Shown piece by piece: positions 26,655 to 35,174 of a DNA stretch of 64,000 nt. Positions within the stretch are counted from its first letter, which is position 1. Each line of letters starts with the position of its first letter. The notes under the pieces were generated by a model. It was not told where the DNA came from. It made no database searches and saw only the letters and a list, made by a program, of their open reading frames with translations. Source of the DNA: an uncultured Clostridia bacterium (GTDB taxonomy: Bacteria; Bacillota; Clostridia; Christensenellales; Borkfalkiaceae). The stretch covers positions 3,927-67,926 of the forward strand of contig CANRHI010000001.1 of the NCBI GenBank assembly GCA_947630365.1, written 5' to 3'. The position numbers and the translations under genes were made by a program.

Positions 26655-27434
26655 CTATGTCTCTTGGATGTGAAGGTCGAAGAACCGCTTGAGGGCCGCG
26701 GCCTCGGGGTAGGTGATCTTCAGATTTTTCTGCAAAAATGCCGTCGTGATCTTCTCTTCGGGGTGACTGCGCACGAGCGAAAGGGCTGCGCTCCGAAGAT
26801 GGGCGGGGATGCGTCTTTTCGGGGCTTCGGTCGGCACTCGGTCGAGCGCATACATGAGCTCTTCTTCGCTCGCGCAGGCGGCGGCGACTTCCGAAAAAGG
26901 CGTGTCCCCCTTGAGAAGAACGACGTAGCGCTCGATATTTCGGGTGTACCGCGGATGGCGCAGGCGGCGGATCCCCCAGGTGATGTGCTCCTCGAGCTCG
27001 GTCGGGTAAATTTGAAGCTCTTCGCAGATCTCGTCGCAGTTTTTTCTCTCGCAGAAGAGCTTCAAAATGCACTCGCGCTCCATGCGTGGAAAGGCATTCA
27101 GGTTGTTTTTCACCCGTTCCTCCGCGCCCGCTTTGACGAGCAGCGGCCCGCCCAAGATCTCTTCGTAAAGATTTTGCGGCCATGCCTTTTCGCACATTCT
27201 CTTGCAATAGTTTTGGAAGGCGGGGATCTCCTCTTCGAACTTGCAAAGGCGCTCTTTCGCAATGTCGTAGAGCGCTTTCTTCTCCCTTTCGTCGCAGGGA
27301 AGCTCGTCGTAAGAGAGCGCGTAGAGGCGGGAGAGCTCTTCGCCCATTGCCTGCTCCCGCCGTCTGCAATAGTACTGCGCGCTCATGCACTCAAGCTCGC
27401 GTTCTCTCAGTTTCAAAGTAATTTCTTCGTTCAT
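26655..27434 (-). CDS. DNA-binding protein: sigma-70 region-4-like HTH plus C-terminal FtsK-gamma-like winged helix
   Basis: ATG at 27434 after AGGAGGA, overlapping the LRR gene stop (ATGA). ERECILKLFCERKNCDEICEELQIYPTELEEHITWGIRRL resembles sigma region 4. ITTAFLQKNLKITYPEAAALKRFFD resembles the FtsK gamma motif. Confidence 0.5.
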   Translation of the reverse strand: MNEEITLKLRERELECMSAQYYCRRREQAMGEELSRLYALSYDELPCDEREKKALYDIAKERLCKFEEEIPAFQNYCKRMCEKAWPQNLYEEILGGPLLVKAGAEERVKNNLNAFPRMERECILKLFCERKNCDEICEELQIYPTELEEHITWGIRRLRHPRYTRNIERYVVLLKGDTPFSEVAAACASEEELMYALDRVPTEAPKRRIPAHLRSAALSLVRSHPEEKITTAFLQKNLKITYPEAAALKRFFDLHIQET

Positions 27435-28297
27435 ACATTTCCTCCTCGATCTCTTCTCTTGCAGTTGAATTTGATCTTGTAGCCGTCGAGCCGGCCGCCC
27501 GCTTTGTCGATCTCGATTGCGTTCCATTCCTCTTCGGTGCCCCCGAAGAGAATGCAACCGTGGTCATCTTCATATTCGGTAAGCGGCGGAAACGCATTGC
27601 GGCCGATATATTTCACGGACTTCGGGACATAGAAGTCGCGCGGGAAGCAGTATTTGTATGTTTCTTCTTTGATGATGAGGACGCTCTCGGGCAGATCGCA
27701 CACGGATGCGACTTGGGAAAAGACGTTGCTCTCGATGACTTTAAGGTCTTTGGGAAGTTTGGTGATGGAAAGCTCGGTGCAGCCCGCGAACGCCGCTTCG
27801 CCGATGGAGACGACGGAGTCGGGGATCTCCAATTCACGGAGAGAGGAACAGCCCGTGAACGCCGCCTCGCCGATGGTCTTTAACGTTTCGGGCAGGCGGA
27901 CGAGCTCGAGAGACGTACAGCCCGAAAAGGCGCCGCTGCCGATGGAGAGGAGCCCTTGCCCGAAGGCGCTGTAGACCAAAACAGCTTTGAGATTCGGGCA
28001 GCCCGCGAATGCCCCGTCGAGAATTTGGGCTGCGCCGAAGATCAAGATGCCTTCGAGAGCCTCATTTCCCGCAAAGGCGAAACTGCCGATGGTATCGCAA
28101 TCGGTGATGCGGAGATGTTTGCATTTGCCCCGATAGCGCATGAGGACATTTTTCCACTCCTCAAGATCGGGCCAAAGACCCGCATGGCCGACTTGGACGT
28201 AATCGCGGACGGCGCACTCGGCGAGATCGTCCGTCGAAAGGTCCCACGACGCGGTGCACTTTTTGGCGCGTTCTTCGATGTTTCTTTTTTCGATCAT
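27431..28297 (-). CDS. Cytoplasmic BspA-type leucine-rich-repeat (LRR_5) protein
   Basis: ATG at 28297 after AAGGAGAAT. No signal peptide. Repeated ...IG..AF.GC..L..(I/V/L).(I/L)P... units (FAGNEAL, FAGCPNL, FSGCTSL, FTGCSSL, FAGCTEL). Confidence 0.75.
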   Translation of the reverse strand: MIEKRNIEERAKKCTASWDLSTDDLAECAVRDYVQVGHAGLWPDLEEWKNVLMRYRGKCKHLRITDCDTIGSFAFAGNEALEGILIFGAAQILDGAFAGCPNLKAVLVYSAFGQGLLSIGSGAFSGCTSLELVRLPETLKTIGEAAFTGCSSLRELEIPDSVVSIGEAAFAGCTELSITKLPKDLKVIESNVFSQVASVCDLPESVLIIKEETYKYCFPRDFYVPKSVKYIGRNAFPPLTEYEDDHGCILFGGTEEEWNAIEIDKAGGRLDGYKIKFNCKRRDRGGNV

Positions 28298-28426
28298 ATC
28301 ATTCTCCTTTTTGATTTTTTCTCGATTTTGCACTTCGGTTTTTTGTGTGTTCTCTCTTTGGATACCCCTTTTTTCGCGGTAGCTTTCACGATTTTTGCAA
28401 TGCGCCCGCCCGCGAACGTCGCACGC

Positions 28427-28435
28427 AGTATAGCA
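28427..28435 (-). promoter_or_regulatory. Extended -10 element TGCTATACT upstream of the LRR operon
   Basis: The minus strand reads TATATGCTATACTGCG, the same 9-mer class as in the 50-bp array and at 29198-29206. Confidence 0.45.
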
Positions 28436-28534
28436 TATAGGCGTAAAAAAATGGGACGTCAAGTCCCATATGTCTGAAATACAAAATTGCAGATGTGAAA
28501 AATTTATCTCCGCGCCGCCCTTTCCCCAAACGTT

Positions 28535-29131
28535 CTACTGCTCAAATTCTTCGGGATAGACGCCGATATACCTTCCATCTCCGAGGAGCGCGATTACTTT
28601 TGCTCCCCCTCGGAGATAAAAGTAGAAATCTTCCACGATCGCAAGATAGCGGTAGAAGGTCGTGCGGGCGATGTGAAATTCGGCACAAAACTTGTTTCTT
28701 TCGACGCCGTCCTCCAATCTGTCGTGCAGGGCGAGAAGCGCGAGATATTTGCGGTTTGAGGGAGTGTCGTGATAGGTGTTGCCGTCCTCGCTGTAGATCC
28801 CGTAGTATTCCCGCATGATCGCAAGCAGCCTGCGGAAATTGGAGTGACTTATCTGCCGCATTTTGCAAAAGGACTCGGGATCCACATGGTCGGGGTCTCC
28901 GTCCGCTTCGAGAGCGAAAAAGAAGAGATTGCGTATTTTTTCGATCGTCGGGGTCTCTTTGATGTGCGCGCGCTCCCCTGCGCGCGTATAGTAAATGTTT
29001 GTTTCGGTGCGATAGGAGAAATCCTCGCCATCGGATATGTCCCAACGGTTGTCCCGATCGTCGCAAACCACATCATGATCTTTGGAGCATTTTTGCTTGG
29101 GATCCGCTTTCAAATACCTTCTCTTTCCCAT
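28535..29131 (-). CDS. Hypothetical protein with two HTH-like segments (putative regulator)
   Basis: 198 aa. QISHSNFRRLLAIMREYY and FHIARTTFYRYLAIVEDFY resemble HTH recognition helices. It is divergent from the repeat array. Confidence 0.5.
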   Translation of the reverse strand: MGKRRYLKADPKQKCSKDHDVVCDDRDNRWDISDGEDFSYRTETNIYYTRAGERAHIKETPTIEKIRNLFFFALEADGDPDHVDPESFCKMRQISHSNFRRLLAIMREYYGIYSEDGNTYHDTPSNRKYLALLALHDRLEDGVERNKFCAEFHIARTTFYRYLAIVEDFYFYLRGGAKVIALLGDGRYIGVYPEEFEQ

Positions 29132-29197
29132 ATCCCTTCTACCGTTTCACCGTTTGACCGTTTTACCGCTATCCTTTCCGACGCGGTTTTCGCAAGT

Positions 29198-29206
29198 AGT
29201 ATAGCA
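29198..29206 (-). promoter_or_regulatory. Extended -10 element TGCTATACT upstream of the HTH gene
   Basis: The minus strand reads TTTTATGCTATACTACTTG, about 65 nt upstream of the ATG at 29131. Confidence 0.45.
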
Positions 29207-29276
29207 TAAAACAAATCGGAATACAAGTGCAGAAATCGACGAAGCCATTCGGGGGGGGGTAGACAGCACGAAACGC

Positions 29277-29650
29277 GTGTGCTATAATGGAGGCGGAAAT
29301 TCGTCCCGGCGCAAAACGGGGGGTGCATGTGCTATAATGGGGGCGCAAATTCGTCCCGGCGCGAAATGGGGAGGGCGTGTGCTATACTGGGAGCGCAAAT
29401 TCGTCACGGCGCAAAACGGGGAGCGTGTGTGCTATAATGGAGGCGCAAATTCGTCCCGGCGCGAAATGGGGGGTGCGTGTGCTATAATGGGGGCGGAAAC
29501 TCGTCCTGACGCAAAACGGGGAGCGCATGTGCTATAATGGGGGCGGAAATTCGTCCTGCCGCGAAATGGGGAGTGCGTGTGCTATAATAGGGGCGGAAAT
29601 TCGTCCTGCCGCGAAATGGGGATGATGTGTGCTATAATGGGGGCGCAACA
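29277..29650 (+). repeat. Exact 50-bp-period tandem array (7 full units plus a partial eighth), each unit carrying GTGTGCTATAATGG (extended -10 consensus)
   Basis: GCTATAATGG (GCTATACTGG at 29381, GCTATAATAG at 29581) starts at 29281, 29331, 29381, 29431, 29481, 29531, 29581 and 29631. Unit consensus: GCTATAATGGGGGCG(G/C)AAATTCGTCC(C/T)G(G/C)CGC(A/G)AAA(C/T)GGGGAG(T/C)GCGTGT. The period is not a multiple of 3. The array ends 49 nt before the nuclease ATG. Confidence 0.95.
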
Positions 29651-29698
29651 AAAGGAAACGTTCGGCGCAAGCCGTTCAAAAAATACAAGGAGGAACAT

Positions 29699-31051
29699 AT
29701 GAAACACAAAACGGCAACTTTAAGTCAACTGCAAAGTTTTGCTCCCGATTTCTCCGAGCTCAAAGCGCAACTGGGGAAATTCAATTTCTTTCGGAGCGTT
29801 CGGATGCAGACGATGGAGACGCGGCACAGCAATGTTCTTGCTTTCCTGTTGGACAGCAAAGAAACACACCGGCTCGGCAATGCTTTCGCACAGGCATTTT
29901 TCTCCGCAGTTTTTGCAAATGCGGGAAAAGAAATCGCCGAACGAATGCAACTGGGTGGAGAGAGGGAAGTAGGCGACTTCTTTCAAAAAGGAGGCTTCCG
30001 CTTCCTCATTGAAAGAGAACACCCGTTTATCGACGAAAACGGAAAAAGACGGTTTATCGACCTTTTATTGATTGCGGAGGACCCGACCTATCCCGTGCTC
30101 ATCTGCATTGAGAATAAGGTTATGTCGTTTCAGCACGACGGTCAATTAGAGGCGTATGAAAAGCATGTTCTGAGTTTGAAAAAATATGAGAATTACAAGA
30201 AGCTGTTTTTGTATCTAACGCCGACGAAGGAAATTGTCGGGGGAGATCAATGGATCAAGATTTCCTATGAGCCTGTCCTTCAAGCGTTGGATGAAACGTT
30301 AATGAAGTACCCGCAAGTCGACAACGAAGTAAAAATCTATCTTACACATTATCAAGAAATTATCAGGAGGGATATTATGAACAACGACCCTATTATCAGA
30401 CAACTTTGCGCGAAATTGTATAATCCGGAGAGAGAAGTTTATCAAACAATTTTCAAGTACATGCTCGGGAGCGAGAAAGAGGCGCTGACCGGTGCAATCG
30501 TCGAAAAACTTGATGCTTTGCGGAATATCGGTGAGATTGAGCTTATCTCCTCTTCAACAAAATCGAATCATACCGAGTTCAAATTTGTGACGAAAAGTTT
30601 GTTGGAGATACTTCCCTACGAGGAATCGCAAAAGAAAACGCGAGTATGGCAGTCCCAAAGCAGAATCGTGTATGAGATTGTCGTTACGAACAGTGACGGA
30701 TTCCCGGACAAGATCACGTTCTGTGCCGTTCTTGTCACAGGGGACAATGCGATCGATAATCAATTCACGCCTCAAATTATAAATATATGCAATGCTCATC
30801 GCAAAGAATTCCGTTTGGGGGATAAACCCATAGAGCGTACCGAGAAACAGAAACACAATAAGCTTCTCACCAAAATATACAACGAAGGCAACGGTTTATC
30901 CGTGCCCGACTCGATTACCGACGGTGAATTCCTTCGGGATTTGGAAAAAGGCATAGATGCCTTTATCAATGATCTAAAGGAGCATCTGGAAACCGTGCTT
31001 AAAAACGAGATAACGAGCACCTCTATGCCGAGCACCCCCGCGCAGCCCTAA
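29699..31051 (+). CDS. PD-(D/E)XK nuclease family protein (PDDEXK_4-like)
   Basis: ATG at 29699 after AAGGAGGA. The N-terminal motif FNFFRSVRMQTMETRHSNVLAFLLDSKETHRLGNAF is typical of this family. Catalytic-core-like RFIDLLLIAED...ICIENKV (D...ExK). Confidence 0.7.
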   Translation: MKHKTATLSQLQSFAPDFSELKAQLGKFNFFRSVRMQTMETRHSNVLAFLLDSKETHRLGNAFAQAFFSAVFANAGKEIAERMQLGGEREVGDFFQKGGFRFLIEREHPFIDENGKRRFIDLLLIAEDPTYPVLICIENKVMSFQHDGQLEAYEKHVLSLKKYENYKKLFLYLTPTKEIVGGDQWIKISYEPVLQALDETLMKYPQVDNEVKIYLTHYQEIIRRDIMNNDPIIRQLCAKLYNPEREVYQTIFKYMLGSEKEALTGAIVEKLDALRNIGEIELISSSTKSNHTEFKFVTKSLLEILPYEESQKKTRVWQSQSRIVYEIVVTNSDGFPDKITFCAVLVTGDNAIDNQFTPQIINICNAHRKEFRLGDKPIERTEKQKHNKLLTKIYNEGNGLSVPDSITDGEFLRDLEKGIDAFINDLKEHLETVLKNEITSTSMPSTPAQP

Positions 31052-31072
31052 CTCCAACCAAGGGAGAACACT

Positions 31073-32023
31073 ATGCCGAAAACATTTTCAGAAGAAATCT
31101 GCTCTGTGGTCGCGGAGGAGAAGGGGTCGCTTACGTCGAAGATCCTCTACGAGATGTGCGACGAGCGGCGCTACCCGTGGGGCGGGGAAGGGCAACTGAA
31201 AGACAAGCTCCGCATCGTCTGCGGGGTGTACGGGCTCATCCTCCGCGAAAACTATCTTTGCTATGCCGCGAAGAACGGGTGGTCGCGCCACAGACGCGTC
31301 GACGTCGAGACGGCGATCGCGGACATGGTTATGGGAAATTCCGCCTACGGTCCTTTCGTGGAAAGACTTGCGGCGTGCAAAGAGAAGTATGCCTTCGACG
31401 GCGGCGCGGGCGATATGGCGCTTCTTCAAAAAAGCGTCGGCCTTGTCTTTGAGCTGAACGATCTCCTCTGCAATGCGGTCAGCGCGTATGACGGGCTCTA
31501 CCGTCAGCCCAAGCGGAACAGGGGCAACTTCTATGCGCTCTCCGCGCGCATGTTGCACCTTCATCGGCCCGAAGCGGTGTTCCCTTACGGAAAGGGCATC
31601 CGCGACGGCATGATGCACTTCCGCAACCCCGTCGGATGTCGGCTCGGAGAAGCCGTCTTGGAGGGCGCGGACAAAGACGAGATACGGGCGGCGTTTTACG
31701 AGGCGTTTACGGGGCTCGGCGCGCTTGCCGAAGGGAAGCCCGATCTCTCGCCCGAATGGATGTATCTTTCGGCGACGGCGTTTTCGTATGCGCTCTGCCG
31801 CTACGTTTCCTCGCACGGCGGTTCGCCCGAGGGGCTCTTCCCGACTGCCCTCTCCGCCGCGGTCGTCGAAAAACTTCAACGGGTACTGACAGAAGAAGAG
31901 ATCGAAAAGATCGCACAGCAGATCCAACGCGATATGCCCATCGAAGAGGCGCGGCTGTACTGCCGCGACGCGGTGGAATTCGAGCAGGTCTTTATGGCGC
32001 GCTGTGCCCAAGACCCAAAATAA
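31073..32023 (+). CDS. Hypothetical protein
   Basis: 316 aa with coding-like composition, 21 nt after the nuclease stop. No motif recognised. Confidence 0.6.
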   Translation: MPKTFSEEICSVVAEEKGSLTSKILYEMCDERRYPWGGEGQLKDKLRIVCGVYGLILRENYLCYAAKNGWSRHRRVDVETAIADMVMGNSAYGPFVERLAACKEKYAFDGGAGDMALLQKSVGLVFELNDLLCNAVSAYDGLYRQPKRNRGNFYALSARMLHLHRPEAVFPYGKGIRDGMMHFRNPVGCRLGEAVLEGADKDEIRAAFYEAFTGLGALAEGKPDLSPEWMYLSATAFSYALCRYVSSHGGSPEGLFPTALSAAVVEKLQRVLTEEEIEKIAQQIQRDMPIEEARLYCRDAVEFEQVFMARCAQDPK

Positions 32024-32024
32024 T

Positions 32025-33134
32025 ATGGACTTCACAAAATTTCTCAACTCAAAGGATATTGCAACCCATCTCCGCCGTATCCGCTATGAATTCACGCCCG
32101 AACAGGCAATGTATGTCATCCATGCGGCGGCGGAGGCCCCTCTCCCCGAGCGGCACGCCGCCTATGAGGAGCTCATCGAGGCGTACCCCGACCACGCCCT
32201 GCGCGAGCGGCGGCAGGGGGTGTTCAAAAATCAGACGGTCGCTTCCTTCCTCCGCACCTATATGGAGCGGGAGAACGCGCTTCTTGCGGAATTCAAGCGC
32301 GACGGAGACGACGCCGTCTGCGTTTACGATTACTTTTCCAAGGAAGACGACGCTTGGTTTCAGGACGGGTACGGCCACCACTCTGTGTATCGCAATTTTT
32401 CCGAGGCCATGGACGACGTGCAATCGGAAAATGCGGACGGGAATATCGCAAAGATTACCGTCACGAAGCAATATTTTTCGGGCAGAATCATCGAGGCGAC
32501 CCTGCTTCCCGACGGCACGTGTCTGAAATTGGACGGGATAAACGGCGAACGGGATGAGGCGTTCCTGCATGCCTTCGATTGGATGTGGGTCAGCATTCCC
32601 ACGCCCTTCAAGTACGGCGACATCCTCGCACCCGTCCGGCAAAACAGGTGGGACCCCGGCACAACAGACGGCTCCGTCAAGGGGATGATCGTCCTCACGG
32701 ATATGGCAACTTGGGGCAGCAAAGAGCTCAAAAAGAACGGCTTCCGCAACGCCAAGACGTCAAATTTTGCTCGCAAGGAGCAAAATTTTGCGGTCCGCGA
32801 CAGGCTCATCGAAAAACACGGGGAATACGGCGACGAGACGGATATGCTCCTCTGCGGCTACTCTCTCGACGGAAGCGATATCTGCTACGACCATACAGAC
32901 CAAAGCTATCTGAACTACGAGCGCTTTCGCGGCGAACTCAAAGGGCATAACAAGATGCTCCGCTCCCTCTCCAATTTCCTCAAGGGGGAAATCGACTTGG
33001 GGCTCATGCTCAGAGCGCACCGCATCATCTGCGCCGAGGAGGAGTGCCGTGAGAAGAGGTCCTTCCTTGACCTCTATACCGACGAGGGCCTAACTCTCGC
33101 GGGACTTCAAAAACGCAATCAACAAAATCAATAA
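32025..33134 (+). CDS. Hypothetical protein
   Basis: The ATG at 32025 lies 1 nt after the upstream stop (an alternative GTG at 32004 would overlap). 369 aa. No motif recognised. Confidence 0.6.
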   Translation: MDFTKFLNSKDIATHLRRIRYEFTPEQAMYVIHAAAEAPLPERHAAYEELIEAYPDHALRERRQGVFKNQTVASFLRTYMERENALLAEFKRDGDDAVCVYDYFSKEDDAWFQDGYGHHSVYRNFSEAMDDVQSENADGNIAKITVTKQYFSGRIIEATLLPDGTCLKLDGINGERDEAFLHAFDWMWVSIPTPFKYGDILAPVRQNRWDPGTTDGSVKGMIVLTDMATWGSKELKKNGFRNAKTSNFARKEQNFAVRDRLIEKHGEYGDETDMLLCGYSLDGSDICYDHTDQSYLNYERFRGELKGHNKMLRSLSNFLKGEIDLGLMLRAHRIICAEEECREKRSFLDLYTDEGLTLAGLQKRNQQNQ

Positions 33135-33149
33135 GAAGGAGAAAAAGCA

Positions 33150-33689
33150 ATGTACGATCCGAGAAGCGAAGAAGTTTTGAAACTCAAAGCGCGCGCCCTC
33201 TGCGGGGAATATCTCCCGAAAGAAGCCGATTCTCGGGGCAACGATCGGGACTTTACGCGGCTCCCCAAGTCTGCCCTCGAAAAAGCGCACAGCGTCAATG
33301 CGGGGAATCGTGTGGACATGACCGAAGAGGAAGATGCCCTGTGGGGCGACCTTCAAGATGCGATCGATGCGCAATTTTTCGATCTGCTCACGGCGTTCCC
33401 GGAGTATTTTACGGGCGATCCCGATGATGAATTTTTGACCTTGGGCAAGGGACTTACCACGCGGACGGGGGTCGCGGAAAAGGTCGAGCGGCAGCGCGCG
33501 CTCGCAACGCCCTCCGAGGCATGGCCGAAGGAGCGGCAAGACGCATACCGCGCACGCATGGCATATCTTTTTGCAAAGCGGCGCATCGACGGGTTAAAGC
33601 GCGAGATCGAGTGGTCGGAGAAATATTTGCGCGCCATGAAAGCCTACATTCTCGAAATGTATCCCGACTGCCTCGGTGAGGATTTTTAA
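33150..33689 (+). CDS. Hypothetical protein
   Basis: 179 aa, with an AAGGAGAAAAAG RBS. Helical and acidic. No motif recognised. Confidence 0.6.
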   Translation: MYDPRSEEVLKLKARALCGEYLPKEADSRGNDRDFTRLPKSALEKAHSVNAGNRVDMTEEEDALWGDLQDAIDAQFFDLLTAFPEYFTGDPDDEFLTLGKGLTTRTGVAEKVERQRALATPSEAWPKERQDAYRARMAYLFAKRRIDGLKREIEWSEKYLRAMKAYILEMYPDCLGEDF

Positions 33690-33693
33690 CACC

Positions 33694-34584
33694 ATGAAAC
33701 GCCGTGTGTTCGCCTACGTTGAGGACAATTTCCAAAAGAACAAGCCCGATAGGGTGCTCGCCATAGACGAGACGGGCGAGCGTTTGTTCTGCTATGAAGT
33801 GGACAACCGCGGGAAGGGAGAAAGCTACGAGGAGCAATTCGTAAACGACAAAGCGCATTCGCCCGCAGCCGTTGCCTTTGCGGCGTTCGAGCGCTTCTGT
33901 AAGGAGGAGTGCGGCATAAAGGATTGCAACGACGAGGTGATCTTTTCGGGGGGAAAGAATATTCCGCCGAAAACCCTCGCTGATTATTTCGAATTTCGGT
34001 TGGGCGGCGCGGACTGGGTGTATGTGTGGGAGATCGGGTTCGAGTACCGCTTCGAGACGGCGCATCTCGAACATCCCATCGGCTTCAAAGAATTCCGCAA
34101 GGTCCATACAGAGGGGCTCACAGAGCCCTACGCCACCCGCGCGCTCTATGCAAAGTACAGAGAACACATTCATAAAGATGCCTACACGGAAGAGGAGCTC
34201 GACCGCATGGAGCAAGCCGTGTTCTCCCGCCTCGATATGGCTTACCGCCGTCGGCGCAGCAGGTCGGATCCGAGTATCTATATCGCCGAAACCTGCGCCG
34301 CGATCTACCGAGGCGACCAAGCACGTTTTCGTCGCGTTGTGGAAAGGATCGTCGCCGATCACGCAAGAAGGCGTTCCAAAAGGAAACGTTGGGTGCTGCA
34401 ATACATCCTCGAGACGATCGCCGACAGCATCTATTGCGACGGAGAGATCGACCTCGCTTCGCTCGATGAGGAAGAAAAAAAGCCGCCCCTCGAGCGGAAG
34501 GAGTATGCGATCTTCGCGGGGCTTTCCCCCGATGCGCTTCCCCTCGTAAAAGAATCGATCGAGGAATATGTAAATTGGAAATAA
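33694..34584 (+). CDS. Hypothetical protein
   Basis: The ATG at 33694 lies 4 nt after the upstream stop (alternative GTG at 33676). 296 aa, with an Arg-rich segment RRRRSRSD / RRRSKRKR. Confidence 0.6.
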   Translation: MKRRVFAYVEDNFQKNKPDRVLAIDETGERLFCYEVDNRGKGESYEEQFVNDKAHSPAAVAFAAFERFCKEECGIKDCNDEVIFSGGKNIPPKTLADYFEFRLGGADWVYVWEIGFEYRFETAHLEHPIGFKEFRKVHTEGLTEPYATRALYAKYREHIHKDAYTEEELDRMEQAVFSRLDMAYRRRRSRSDPSIYIAETCAAIYRGDQARFRRVVERIVADHARRRSKRKRWVLQYILETIADSIYCDGEIDLASLDEEEKKPPLERKEYAIFAGLSPDALPLVKESIEEYVNWK

Positions 34585-34587
34585 ACT

Positions 34588-35067
34588 ATGGACTCGCGCA
34601 TTTTGTTTTTGGATTACGACGGCGTCGTCAACACGCCGATGTGGAACGAGAGGGGCACAAAGGTCTCCTACGGCTTTCCCGAGGACGGGAAAGTCAACAA
34701 CTTTCAGGCGGTGCAGTGGGTCTCGCAGTTTTGCCAGAAGTGCAAATTCGATATCGTCGTCACGAGCTCCTGGCGGGAAGAGAGGAATTATCGGGAATGT
34801 TTGACGGAGGGCGGCTTGCGCGGGAATATCGCCATCGCGGGCGCGCTTCCCCTCGACGAAACCAAATCGCGCGGGGACCTCATCCGCGCCTATCTTCTTT
34901 CGCACCCCGAGATCAAGTATTACATCATCGCGGACGATGAGGAGGACCTTCTTCCCGAACAGCTTCCGCACCTCATCAAAACGAACGCCTGCTACGGCTT
35001 TTTGGAGCCCGAATACAAACGCTGCGTCGCACTGTATATGAAGTTTCAGAGCGGGGTGAAAGAGTAA
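34588..35067 (+). CDS. HAD-superfamily phosphatase-like protein (HAD_SAK 'Swiss-army-knife RNA repair' type)
   Basis: Motif I FLDYDGVVN, motif II VVTSSWR, SRGDLIRAYL, and motif IV-like YIIADDEEDL. 159 aa, starting 3 nt after the upstream stop. Confidence 0.6.
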   Translation: MDSRILFLDYDGVVNTPMWNERGTKVSYGFPEDGKVNNFQAVQWVSQFCQKCKFDIVVTSSWREERNYRECLTEGGLRGNIAIAGALPLDETKSRGDLIRAYLLSHPEIKYYIIADDEEDLLPEQLPHLIKTNACYGFLEPEYKRCVALYMKFQSGVKE

Positions 35068-35174
35068 GAAGAAGGCATGCGGCTCTTTGCCCCTGCGCGG
35101 CTTTCACAAATTCCATTTCGAACATGGAAAAATTTCATAAGTTTGTTTCCGAGGGACATTTTTTGAAAGAATTC

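Noticed and set aside
29277-29537. 86-aa ORF (MCYNGGGNSSRRKTGG...), and the N-terminal extension of the nuclease ORF from 29627
   Set aside because: They lie entirely inside the 50-bp tandem array. A 50-bp period cannot keep a reading frame, and the 'protein' is only the repeat read in rotating frames. The real nuclease start is the ATG at 29699, which has AAGGAGGA.
29277-29650. CRISPR array interpretation of the regular repeats
   Set aside because: The whole 50-bp unit is repeated with only point differences, so there are no unique spacers. No cas genes are nearby.
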